64,000 nucleotides of DNA from Eubacteriales bacterium (lineage in GTDB: Bacteria > Bacillota > Clostridia > Oscillospirales > QAKW01): positions 6,121 to 70,120 of the forward strand of contig JAZTXG010000031.1 of NCBI GenBank assembly GCA_045636365.1, read 5' to 3'. A program made the position numbers and the translations under genes. Each line of letters starts with the position of its first letter. Within the stretch, counting starts at the first letter, position 1. Of this stretch, positions 17,911 to 25,541 are shown one piece after another. The notes under the pieces are model-generated. The model saw only the letters and a program-made list of their open reading frames with translations. It was not told where the DNA came from and searched no databases.

Positions 17911-19887
17911 ATGAGAACCATAAAAAGTTTGCTGGCAGCGATAATGACTATTGTTATGATCGTATGCATGAGCGTGTCTGCGTTCGCAGCGTATGAAGAA
18001 ATTATATATGACGACGTTCATGATATGTACGGGACAACGCTGTCTGAAGTAAACCTTCATTATATCCGCTTTGTCGATAAACTTGGAATCATTACCGCGC
18101 ATACCAACGGCAGCTTTGATCCCTCCGGCAAGCTCACACGCGGCGAGGCATTGAAGATCGCGTATCGGATGCTGCACTACGGTTATGACGAACTTGCCGA
18201 TTATGAAAGCGCCATCACCTCCTTTGATGAGATGGAAGGCGGTGATATTTCCGATACCGCTATGATTCTTCCTTATGTTGCTTGGGGCGAAGACTTTCAG
18301 CTGATCAGCGGTGAGTATGTTCCCGAGAAGAAGTTTGAGGCGGATCGCAATATCTCCGGCGAAGAGTTCATCACCCTCATTACCAAGACCTGCGGCATTG
18401 CCACCGGCGAAGATAACGCTGCGGAATACGAAGAGTTCCAGACCGTGATTTTGGAAGGCTCCGAAGTGGATGCATCTGTGGAGAGCATCAACCGTGAGCA
18501 AGCCGCGATCATTGTGGCGCGCGCGATGCTGTATGATGCCAATGTCGGCACCATCGATAGCGAAATGTTTGCCAGCTTCCGTGATTTCGATGGCAACCTG
18601 TTGGATTGCCTTGCAACAAAGATTTATGGCTGTAATACCGTCGCCCTCACCATCCGCGGTACCGAAAACCGCCCGATGAACTACGAGGGAATTATCAAAG
18701 AGGTTCTTCTTTCCAACGGTGTGCAGACCGATGTCGGCGCAGACCTGAGCGAGTTTGTCGGCTATAATATCGATATTGTTTATTTGGATAAAGATCATTC
18801 CGGCACCTTTACCGAGGATGAAGAGCTGATTACTTATCAGATTGCTTCTCCCATTGTCAATAAAGTTCCTCTTACTGAAATCTCTGTCAATAGTTTCTCC
18901 AGCCTCTCCGGTACCTCTACGAGTAGTACATATGCAATTTTCTCCAATACCATGCTGTATCTCAACGATGATGTATGGCCGTTGGGGGATGTATATAACC
19001 TGACCAAGGCGGTCAGCGTTGTAAACTTCAAAACACCCACCTTGATCACCGGCAGACCCAATCTGGAACTTACCTTTATTCAGCACGGCTCTGCGGAAAA
19101 CGCCGATGTGGTTCTGGCAACCGAATGGATCCCCGGCAAGCTGATGACGGTGACCGACAATTATATGTCTGTTTATAGTTATTATGACGGCAGCGTTCAT
19201 GTGTATGACGACAACGACATTGTCCTCAAAGGAATTGCCAATCCCAAAAGCGGCGACTATGTCAACTTCTATGTTGCTTCCGGCAAGCTTTATCTTTCCG
19301 CTGGTACCGTAGAAGAAATGGAAAAGATCGCTGCGACTAACGTAGGCGGTCTGGACGGTATTAAGGACAGCGCCGCCACGAACGGCAAAGGATACTATGC
19401 ACACTCCTTTGTAAATAAACCCACCATCAATATCAAAGAAGTGGTCGGCCCTGTTGTAGCCGTTTTGGATTCCACCCGCGTCTCCTATCTGGCCTATGAA
19501 GAGAAGAAGGCGACCAAGGATGTAGCGGTCGAGATTCTCGATATCACTGCCAATGCCAATACCGCTAAGGTGAAGGTTCGCGCTTTGGATACCGGTAAGG
19601 AATCCGAATTGACTGTCGATCTCAATCGCATCTCTTCCAAAGAGGGTGTCATTGATATCGGTGATATGTATACTTATTACACAACCGCCGGCGGTAAGGT
19701 CGTTATGGACGAGATCGCTCCGGTCAAGACCGTTGCGATCGAGACCGAAGATTATTTCATTCTCGATGGCGGCAGAAAGGTTCTCAAGACCGAAGGCTAT
19801 GTTTCCGATACCGAAAGCTTGAAGAGCGGCGAAGTGGTCCTTTATATGGATGCATACGACGGTGTCTGGGCTTCCTACGAAGCATAA
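17911..19887 (+). CDS. secreted protein with three N-terminal SLH domains (S-layer protein candidate)
   Basis: Signal peptide ends in SVSAFA|AYEE. SLH-like repeats follow (..FDPSGKLTRGEALKIAYRML.., ..FEADRNISGEEFITLI.., ..SINREQAAIIVARAM..). The remaining ~450 aa are beta-rich with no motif I recognise. Confidence 0.75.
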   Translation: MRTIKSLLAAIMTIVMIVCMSVSAFAAYEEIIYDDVHDMYGTTLSEVNLHYIRFVDKLGIITAHTNGSFDPSGKLTRGEALKIAYRMLHYGYDELADYESAITSFDEMEGGDISDTAMILPYVAWGEDFQLISGEYVPEKKFEADRNISGEEFITLITKTCGIATGEDNAAEYEEFQTVILEGSEVDASVESINREQAAIIVARAMLYDANVGTIDSEMFASFRDFDGNLLDCLATKIYGCNTVALTIRGTENRPMNYEGIIKEVLLSNGVQTDVGADLSEFVGYNIDIVYLDKDHSGTFTEDEELITYQIASPIVNKVPLTEISVNSFSSLSGTSTSSTYAIFSNTMLYLNDDVWPLGDVYNLTKAVSVVNFKTPTLITGRPNLELTFIQHGSAENADVVLATEWIPGKLMTVTDNYMSVYSYYDGSVHVYDDNDIVLKGIANPKSGDYVNFYVASGKLYLSAGTVEEMEKIAATNVGGLDGIKDSAATNGKGYYAHSFVNKPTINIKEVVGPVVAVLDSTRVSYLAYEEKKATKDVAVEILDITANANTAKVKVRALDTGKESELTVDLNRISSKEGVIDIGDMYTYYTTAGGKVVMDEIAPVKTVAIETEDYFILDGGRKVLKTEGYVSDTESLKSGEVVLYMDAYDGVWASYEA

Positions 19888-19903
19888 GTAAAAACCGAAT
19901 AGT

Positions 19904-19937
19904 AAAGCAGCAGAGTTTGCGCTCTGCTGCTTTTTTA
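19904..19937 (+). terminator. Rho-independent terminator after the N-terminal-SLH gene
   Basis: Stem gcagcagag / ctctgctgc followed by T6. Confidence 0.85.
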
Positions 19938-20010
19938 TTGCCTTTTATATATAAAATAGGAAGAAAATTGCCCAAAACAGCATTCCTATGCGAAATTTGT
20001 CGTAATTCTA

Positions 20011-20026
20011 GCACAATATATAGTGT
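20011..20026. promoter_or_regulatory. NrdR box 1 (near-consensus)
   Basis: gCACAATATATAGTGT matches the 16-bp palindromic NrdR box ACACwATATaTwGTGT at 15 of 16 positions. Confidence 0.7.
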
Positions 20027-20042
20027 TTTGCAAAAAATAACA

Positions 20043-20058
20043 GAAATATATATTGTGT
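20043..20058. promoter_or_regulatory. NrdR box 2 (degenerate left arm)
   Basis: gaaATATATATTGTGT. Its centre is 32 bp from box 1. Confidence 0.5.
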
Positions 20059-20064
20059 TTGCTA

Positions 20065-20094
20065 TTGACAGAACACCATATCTCGTGTTAAAAT
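20065..20094 (+). promoter_or_regulatory. putative sigma-A promoter of the nrd operon
   Basis: TTGACA at 20065-20070, 18-nt spacer, TAAAAT at 20089-20094. Confidence 0.55.
20073..20088. promoter_or_regulatory. NrdR box 3, inside the promoter spacer
   Basis: ACACCATATCTCGTGT has both ACAC/GTGT arms intact. Its centre is 30 bp from box 2. It lies between the TTGACA and the -10. Confidence 0.6.
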
Positions 20095-20133
20095 AATATC
20101 CGGACCGCAAAATATAGGGAAAACTATGCGAAA

Positions 20134-20847
20134 ATGAAGGGAAATGCCAAGAAAATGACGATTGAAGGCTTGCAAAAACTAACATTGCTGGATTATCCCG
20201 GCCGTACAGCCTGCACCATTTTTTTGGCAGGCTGTAATTTTCGTTGCCCTTTTTGCCATAACTTTGAATTGGTGGCAAAGCCGACCGCTCCGCTGATGAC
20301 CGATGAGGAACTGTTGGAATTTTTGCAAAAGCGTAAAGGACTGCTGGATGGCGTTGCCATCACCGGCGGCGAACCTCTGCTGCGAAAAGAACTGCCCGAA
20401 TTGTTGCGAAAGATCAAAGGTTTGGGCTATGCGGTCAAATTGGATACTAACGGTAGCTTCCCTGCCCGCTTGAAAGCGCTGGTGGAGGAAGGTTTGGTCG
20501 ATTATGTGGCGATGGATGTTAAAAACGCACCCGAGCGCTATGGCGAGACGGTCGGCTTTTTGAAGCTGGAACTTTCCGCCATCCGCGAGAGCATCGATTT
20601 TCTTTTGAGCGATGCGGTGGATTATGAATTCCGGACCACAGTCATTGAGCAGTATCATTCCGAAAAGGAGATTCGCGCCATTGCGGAGTGGATCCAAGGC
20701 GCCAAGCGCTGGTTTTTGCAGCAGTTTAAAGCCTCGGAGCGGGTCCCCAATAGAGAGCTCACCCCGCCGAGTTATCAAAAAATGCAGGAATATCTGCAGA
20801 TTGCCAAGCAGATCATTCCGGAGACCGAATTGAGAGGGGTGGGATAA
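20134..20847 (+). CDS. nrdG: anaerobic ribonucleoside-triphosphate reductase activating protein (radical SAM)
   Basis: Has the LLDYPGRTACTIFLAGCNFRCPFCHN radical-SAM CxxxCxxC cluster and GVAITGGEPL. The start could also be the ATG at 20155; both have weak RBSs. Confidence 0.9.
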   Translation: MKGNAKKMTIEGLQKLTLLDYPGRTACTIFLAGCNFRCPFCHNFELVAKPTAPLMTDEELLEFLQKRKGLLDGVAITGGEPLLRKELPELLRKIKGLGYAVKLDTNGSFPARLKALVEEGLVDYVAMDVKNAPERYGETVGFLKLELSAIRESIDFLLSDAVDYEFRTTVIEQYHSEKEIRAIAEWIQGAKRWFLQQFKASERVPNRELTPPSYQKMQEYLQIAKQIIPETELRGVG

Positions 20848-20848
20848 A

Positions 20849-21478
20849 ATGAACGTATTTTTAATGCAAGGGGATTCCATCACCGACGCAGGGCGCGACA
20901 GAAACGTCGATCCGGCACCGTATCACGCGCTGGGAAAAGGCTACGCAGCTTTGACTGCTTCCGCGCTGGAACTGAAATATCCCGGCGAATATACCTATAT
21001 CAATCGAGGAAAAAGCGGGAACCGCATTGTGGATCTGTTTGCTCGCGATAAGTTGGATCTGATCAATCTCAAGCCCGATATTTTGAGTATTTTAATTGGT
21101 GTCAACGATGTTTTGCATGAGTATAGCCGTCAAAACGGTGTGGAGCCTGAAAAATTCGAAATGATGTATAACCTGTTGCTGGATGAGGTGCAGGAGGCTC
21201 TGCCCGATGTTAAAGTGATTTTGATGGGTGCATTTGTAATGCCTAATTTGCAAGACTATGATTACGCTTCCTTCCGCGCCGATGTGGCCGAGCGTGCTTC
21301 CATCGCCAAGAAGATCGCCGATGCACGTGGCTTCAAATATGTGGATCTGCAAAGCTTGTTTGATCAAGCGGAGGATTGCGGTGTTCAACATCTGACTAAA
21401 GATGGCATCCACCCCGATTATGCTGGCTGCGAATTGATTAAAGATGCGTTGGTTGCGGCATTTGAGGAGGTGCGGTAA
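20849..21478 (+). CDS. SGNH/GDSL-family hydrolase (paralog 1)
   Basis: Has block I LMQGDSITD, block II GKSGNRIVD, block III LIGVNDV and block V DGIHPD. Lies 1 nt after the nrdG stop. Confidence 0.8.
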   Translation: MNVFLMQGDSITDAGRDRNVDPAPYHALGKGYAALTASALELKYPGEYTYINRGKSGNRIVDLFARDKLDLINLKPDILSILIGVNDVLHEYSRQNGVEPEKFEMMYNLLLDEVQEALPDVKVILMGAFVMPNLQDYDYASFRADVAERASIAKKIADARGFKYVDLQSLFDQAEDCGVQHLTKDGIHPDYAGCELIKDALVAAFEEVR

Positions 21479-21479
21479 G

Positions 21480-22091
21480 GTGAAAGTTGTTTTAATGCAA
21501 GGCGATTCCATCACCGACGGCCTGCGGAATAAAGCGGATTCCGGAGATCTGGGTCAATGGTACGCCAAAAGAGTGGCAGGCGCTTTGGAACTTGCCCACC
21601 CCGGTGAATATACCTTTATCAACCGCGGTATTCACGGCAACCGCATTGTGGATATCTATGCCCGTATCAAGCAGGATATCATCAATCTGAAACCTGATAT
21701 TATGACCTTGATGATCGGTACCAACGATGTTTGGGCGGAATACACCCGCCAAAACGGAGTCCCGCCCGAAAAATACGAGCGTTTTTATGAGATGATTTTA
21801 GATGAGGTGGAGGCGGCTCTGCCCAATATTAAGATCATTCTGATGGGTTCGTATTTTCAAGAGGGAGTGCAGGAATATAACGATTCCTTCCTGTCCGAAA
21901 TCAAGGGCCGCGCAGAGATTGTTCGCAAGATAGCCAAGCGGCGCGGTTATCCGTATATTGCCACCCAACCGCTCTTTGATGAAGCGGAAGCTCGCGGGGT
22001 AAAGCACCTGACATACGACGGTGTCCATCCCGATGTCGCCGGTTGCGAACTGCTCAAAAACGCACTGGTCAAAGAAATAGAAAAATTATAA
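21480..22091 (+). CDS. SGNH/GDSL-family hydrolase (paralog 2)
   Basis: GTG at 21480 follows the RBS gaggagg and aligns with the paralog 1 N-terminus (VKVVLMQGDSITD vs MNVFLMQGDSITD). Has blocks GIHGNRIVD, MIGTNDV and DGVHPD. Lies 1 nt after the paralog 1 stop. Confidence 0.8.
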   Translation: MKVVLMQGDSITDGLRNKADSGDLGQWYAKRVAGALELAHPGEYTFINRGIHGNRIVDIYARIKQDIINLKPDIMTLMIGTNDVWAEYTRQNGVPPEKYERFYEMILDEVEAALPNIKIILMGSYFQEGVQEYNDSFLSEIKGRAEIVRKIAKRRGYPYIATQPLFDEAEARGVKHLTYDGVHPDVAGCELLKNALVKEIEKL

Positions 22092-22114
22092 TAAATATAT
22101 AGGAGAGAAAAACG

Positions 22115-24487
22115 ATGTATCACGTAATTAAGCGCGATGGCGCCGAGGCTGATTTTAATATTGCCAAGATCAGTGTAGCCATCCAAAAGGCATTTGATGC
22201 CGTTGGCAAGGAATCCCACCCCAGCATTATCGACCTTCTTGCGTTGAAGGTTACCGCTCATTTTGAAAGCAAGGTTAAGGACGGTAAGATCGCCGTTGAA
22301 GAGATTCAGGATAGTGTCGAGGCCATCCTCAGCGAATCGGGCTATGCCGATGTCGCTAAAGCATACATTCTGTATCGTAAGCAGCGGGAAAAGGTCCGTA
22401 ACCTCAAGACCACCTTCTTGGATTATAAGTCCTTGGTGGATAGCTATGTCAACGTTACCGACTGGCGTGTAAAGGAAAACTCCACCGTGACTTATTCGGT
22501 GGGTGGCTTGATCCTTTCCAACAGCGGCGCCATCACCGCAAACTATTGGCTGAGCGAGATCTACGATGCCGAGATCGCCGATGCTCATCGCAATGCCGAT
22601 ATCCATATCCATGACCTTTCGATGCTGACCGGTTATTGCGCCGGTTGGTCCTTGAAGCAGCTGATCAAGGAAGGCTTGGGCGGTGTTCCCGGAAAGATCA
22701 CCTCTGCCCCCGCTAAGCACTTGGTTTCTTTGTGCAACCAGATGGTCAACTTCCTTGGCATTATGCAGAATGAATGGGCAGGCGCACAAGCCTTCTCTTC
22801 CTTTGATACTTATCTGGCACCTTTTGTTAAGGTGGACAATCTTTCTTATGGCGAAGTCAAGAACTGCATCCAGTCCTTCATCTTCGGTGTCAATACCCCC
22901 AGCCGTTGGGGTACTCAGGCTCCCTTCTCTAATATTACTTTGGACTGGACCGTTCCTGCCGACTTAAAGGATCTGCCTGCCATCGTCGGCGGCAAGGAGA
23001 TGGATTTCACCTACGGCGATTGTAAGGAAGAGATGGATATGATCAACCGCGCCTTTATCGAGACGATGATCGAAGGCGATGCCAATGGTCGCGGCTTCCA
23101 ATATCCCATCCCCACCTATTCCATCACCAAGGATTTCGATTGGTCCGAGACCGAGAACAATAAACTGCTCTTTGAGATGACCGCTAAATACGGCACTCCC
23201 TATTTCTCCAACTATATCAATAGTGATATGGAGCCCAGCGATGTCCGCAGTATGTGCTGCCGCCTGCGCTTGGATCTGCGCGAGCTGCGTAAAAAGTCCG
23301 GTGGCTTCTTCGGCTCCGGCGAAAGCACCGGTTCGGTCGGCGTGGTTACCATCAACCTGCCCCGCATCGCATTCCAATCCGCCAGCGAAAAGGAATTCTA
23401 TGCACGCCTCGATAAGCTGCTGGATATCTCCGCTCGCTCCCTGCACGTAAAGCGTACCGTCATCACCAAGTTCCTGGATGAAGGCCTCTATCCCTATACC
23501 AAGCGGTATCTGGGTACCTTCAATAACCATTTCTCCACCATCGGCTTGGTCGGTATGAACGAAACCGCATTGAACGCTTGCTGGCTGCGTAAGAACCTGA
23601 CCACCGAAGAAGGTCAGAAGTTTGCCAAGGATGTTCTGAACCATATGCGTAACCGCCTTTCCGATTATCAGGAAGAATACGGTGATCTTTATAACTTGGA
23701 GGCTACTCCCGCCGAATCCACCTCTTATCGTTTGGCAAAGCACGATACCAGCCGCTTCCCCGGCATCATCACCGCTAATATGGACGGTACTCCCTACTAT
23801 ACCAACTCCTCTCATCTGCCTGTTGGCTATACCGAGGATATCTTCACCGCTCTGGATCTGCAGGATGAACTGCATACTCTCTATACCTCCGGTACTGTTT
23901 TCCATGCCTATATGGGTGAAAAACTGCCTACATGGAAGTCCTGCGCCGATCTGGTCCGTAAGATTGCCGAAAACTATCGTTTGCCCTATTATTCCATGAG
24001 CCCCACCTATTCGGTATGTAAGAACCACGGCTACATCACCGGCGACCAGTATACCTGCCCGCAGTGTGGCGAGAATACCGAAGTTTATAGCCGTATCACC
24101 GGCTACTATCGTCCGGTCCAGAACTGGAACGACGGTAAGGCGCAGGAATTCAAGGATCGTAAGCTCTATGATCAGCAGATCGCCATCAATAAGGTTCCCG
24201 TAAACCATGGTTGCGGCTGCGGCTGCGGCGATGCCGAGCCCGAATTGGTGGGCGGTAACCGCGCCATGCTCTTCACCACCAAAACCTGCCCCAACTGCAA
24301 GATGGTTGTTGCCATGCTGGATCAGGCGGGCTTTGAATATGAAAAGTTGGATGCCGAAGCGCCCGAAAACCGCGGCTTGGTGGATGCCTACCAGATCAAC
24401 CGCGCTCCCACCCTCATCGTCGAAACCGATGCAGGGGTAGAGAAGCTGACCAACGCTTCCGAGATCCGCGCATTTTTGAAAAAATAA
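22115..24487 (+). CDS. nrdD: anaerobic ribonucleoside-triphosphate reductase (class III) with N-terminal ATP-cone and C-terminal thioredoxin/glutaredoxin-like fusion
   Basis: 790 aa. Has an ATP-cone (MYHVIKRDG..), the loop SMCCRLRLD, a Zn ribbon C..CPQC and the glycyl-radical motif SRITGYY (Gly663). A 104-aa extension follows, with HGCGCGCGD and a redoxin fold TKTCPNCK...RAPTLIV. Confidence 0.95.
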   Translation: MYHVIKRDGAEADFNIAKISVAIQKAFDAVGKESHPSIIDLLALKVTAHFESKVKDGKIAVEEIQDSVEAILSESGYADVAKAYILYRKQREKVRNLKTTFLDYKSLVDSYVNVTDWRVKENSTVTYSVGGLILSNSGAITANYWLSEIYDAEIADAHRNADIHIHDLSMLTGYCAGWSLKQLIKEGLGGVPGKITSAPAKHLVSLCNQMVNFLGIMQNEWAGAQAFSSFDTYLAPFVKVDNLSYGEVKNCIQSFIFGVNTPSRWGTQAPFSNITLDWTVPADLKDLPAIVGGKEMDFTYGDCKEEMDMINRAFIETMIEGDANGRGFQYPIPTYSITKDFDWSETENNKLLFEMTAKYGTPYFSNYINSDMEPSDVRSMCCRLRLDLRELRKKSGGFFGSGESTGSVGVVTINLPRIAFQSASEKEFYARLDKLLDISARSLHVKRTVITKFLDEGLYPYTKRYLGTFNNHFSTIGLVGMNETALNACWLRKNLTTEEGQKFAKDVLNHMRNRLSDYQEEYGDLYNLEATPAESTSYRLAKHDTSRFPGIITANMDGTPYYTNSSHLPVGYTEDIFTALDLQDELHTLYTSGTVFHAYMGEKLPTWKSCADLVRKIAENYRLPYYSMSPTYSVCKNHGYITGDQYTCPQCGENTEVYSRITGYYRPVQNWNDGKAQEFKDRKLYDQQIAINKVPVNHGCGCGCGDAEPELVGGNRAMLFTTKTCPNCKMVVAMLDQAGFEYEKLDAEAPENRGLVDAYQINRAPTLIVETDAGVEKLTNASEIRAFLKK
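24212..24229 (+). repeat. (tgcggc)x3 hexanucleotide repeat encoding the Cys-Gly linker of NrdD
   Basis: ggt tgcggc tgcggc tgcggc gat translates to G-CG-CG-CG-D. Confidence 0.9.
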
Positions 24488-24494
24488 TTGAAAC

Positions 24495-24526
24495 AGAATA
24501 ACCGATCCGCTTGGATCGGTTATTCT
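24495..24526 (+). promoter_or_regulatory. perfect 14-bp stem-loop between nrdD and trxB (no proper U-tract)
   Basis: agaataaccgatcc-gctt-ggatcggttattct, followed by tctcaaaggag (the trxB RBS). Confidence 0.6.
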
Positions 24527-24544
24527 TCTCAAAGGAGAACAACT

Positions 24545-25444
24545 ATGTTTGATACCATTATTATCGGCGGCGGGACCGCCGGTATGACGGCCGCCATCTA
24601 CCTGCTTCGCGCAGGAAAAAAGGTGCTTTTGCTGGAATCCACCGCTCTGGGTGGGCAGATCACCGCCTCCGCCCGCATCGAAAATTTCCCCGGCTTATTC
24701 GGGGTAAGCGGGGTGGAATATGCCGACCGCTTGGCGGAGCAGATGTTTGAGTTTGGCGGCAGCATCGATCCGGTCGAAGTGGCAAAGGTGGAAAAATCCG
24801 CCGAGGGCTTTTTGGTCCGCACCACCGATGAGGAAGAATATCAAGCCAAAAGCATTATCATCGCCAGCGGCGCCGCCCATCGCCATTTGGGTGTGGAGCG
24901 GGAAGAAGAGCTGGCGGGCATCTCCTATTGCGCGGTCTGCGATGGCGCCTTCTATAAAGGCAAGGAAGTGGCTGTGGTCGGCGGCGGCAATGCTGCGGTG
25001 CAGTCGGCGCTTTCCTTGGCGGACCTTTGCAGTAAGGTAACCTTGATCCATCGCCGCGACGGCTTCCGTTGCGAGCCGGTGCTGCTGGAGCGGCTGCGCG
25101 CCAAAGAGAATGTGGAATTCCGCTTGGGCGCGGTGGTCAGCAAATTGATCGGCGAAACCAAGCTGGAAGCGGTGGAGTTGACCTATGCCGACCGCACCGA
25201 GGAGATGACCTTGGACGGCTTGTTCATTGCCATCGGTCAGCAGCCCAAAAACCAGCCCTTTGCCGAGCTTTGCGATCTGGACGAAGCGGGCTATATCGAT
25301 GCGGAAGAAGATTGCCTGACCAAAACCCCCGGTGTCTTTGCGGCGGGCGATTGCCGCAAAAAGCAGGTGCGCCAGCTGGCAACCGCCGCCGGCGACGGCG
25401 CGGTGGCAGGCTTGGCAGCTTCTGCATATATAGATAACCTCTAA
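24545..25444 (+). CDS. trxB: thioredoxin-disulfide reductase
   Basis: ATG at 24545 follows the RBS aaaggag. Has the FAD site IIGGGTAGMTAA, the redox centre YCAVCDG, the NADPH site VVGGGNAA and the C-terminal AAGDC. Confidence 0.92.
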   Translation: MFDTIIIGGGTAGMTAAIYLLRAGKKVLLLESTALGGQITASARIENFPGLFGVSGVEYADRLAEQMFEFGGSIDPVEVAKVEKSAEGFLVRTTDEEEYQAKSIIIASGAAHRHLGVEREEELAGISYCAVCDGAFYKGKEVAVVGGGNAAVQSALSLADLCSKVTLIHRRDGFRCEPVLLERLRAKENVEFRLGAVVSKLIGETKLEAVELTYADRTEEMTLDGLFIAIGQQPKNQPFAELCDLDEAGYIDAEEDCLTKTPGVFAAGDCRKKQVRQLATAAGDGAVAGLAASAYIDNL

Positions 25445-25449
25445 TGTTT

Positions 25450-25483
25450 AAAAAGGAAGAAGCGATGCTTCTTCCTTTTTTTA
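25450..25483 (+). terminator. Rho-independent terminator after trxB
   Basis: Stem aaggaagaagc / gcttcttcctt followed by T7. Confidence 0.85.
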
Positions 25484-25541
25484 TTGCGTATGATCTGAAT
25501 ATATGTTAAAATAAATAATAATACTCTATTGGAGAATGAAG

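Noticed and set aside
19888-20133. Possible cobalamin or other riboswitch ahead of the nrd operon.
   Set aside because: The region is A/T-rich, is explained by NrdR boxes plus a promoter, and leaves a leader of only about 40 nt. No B12-box-like sequence was seen.
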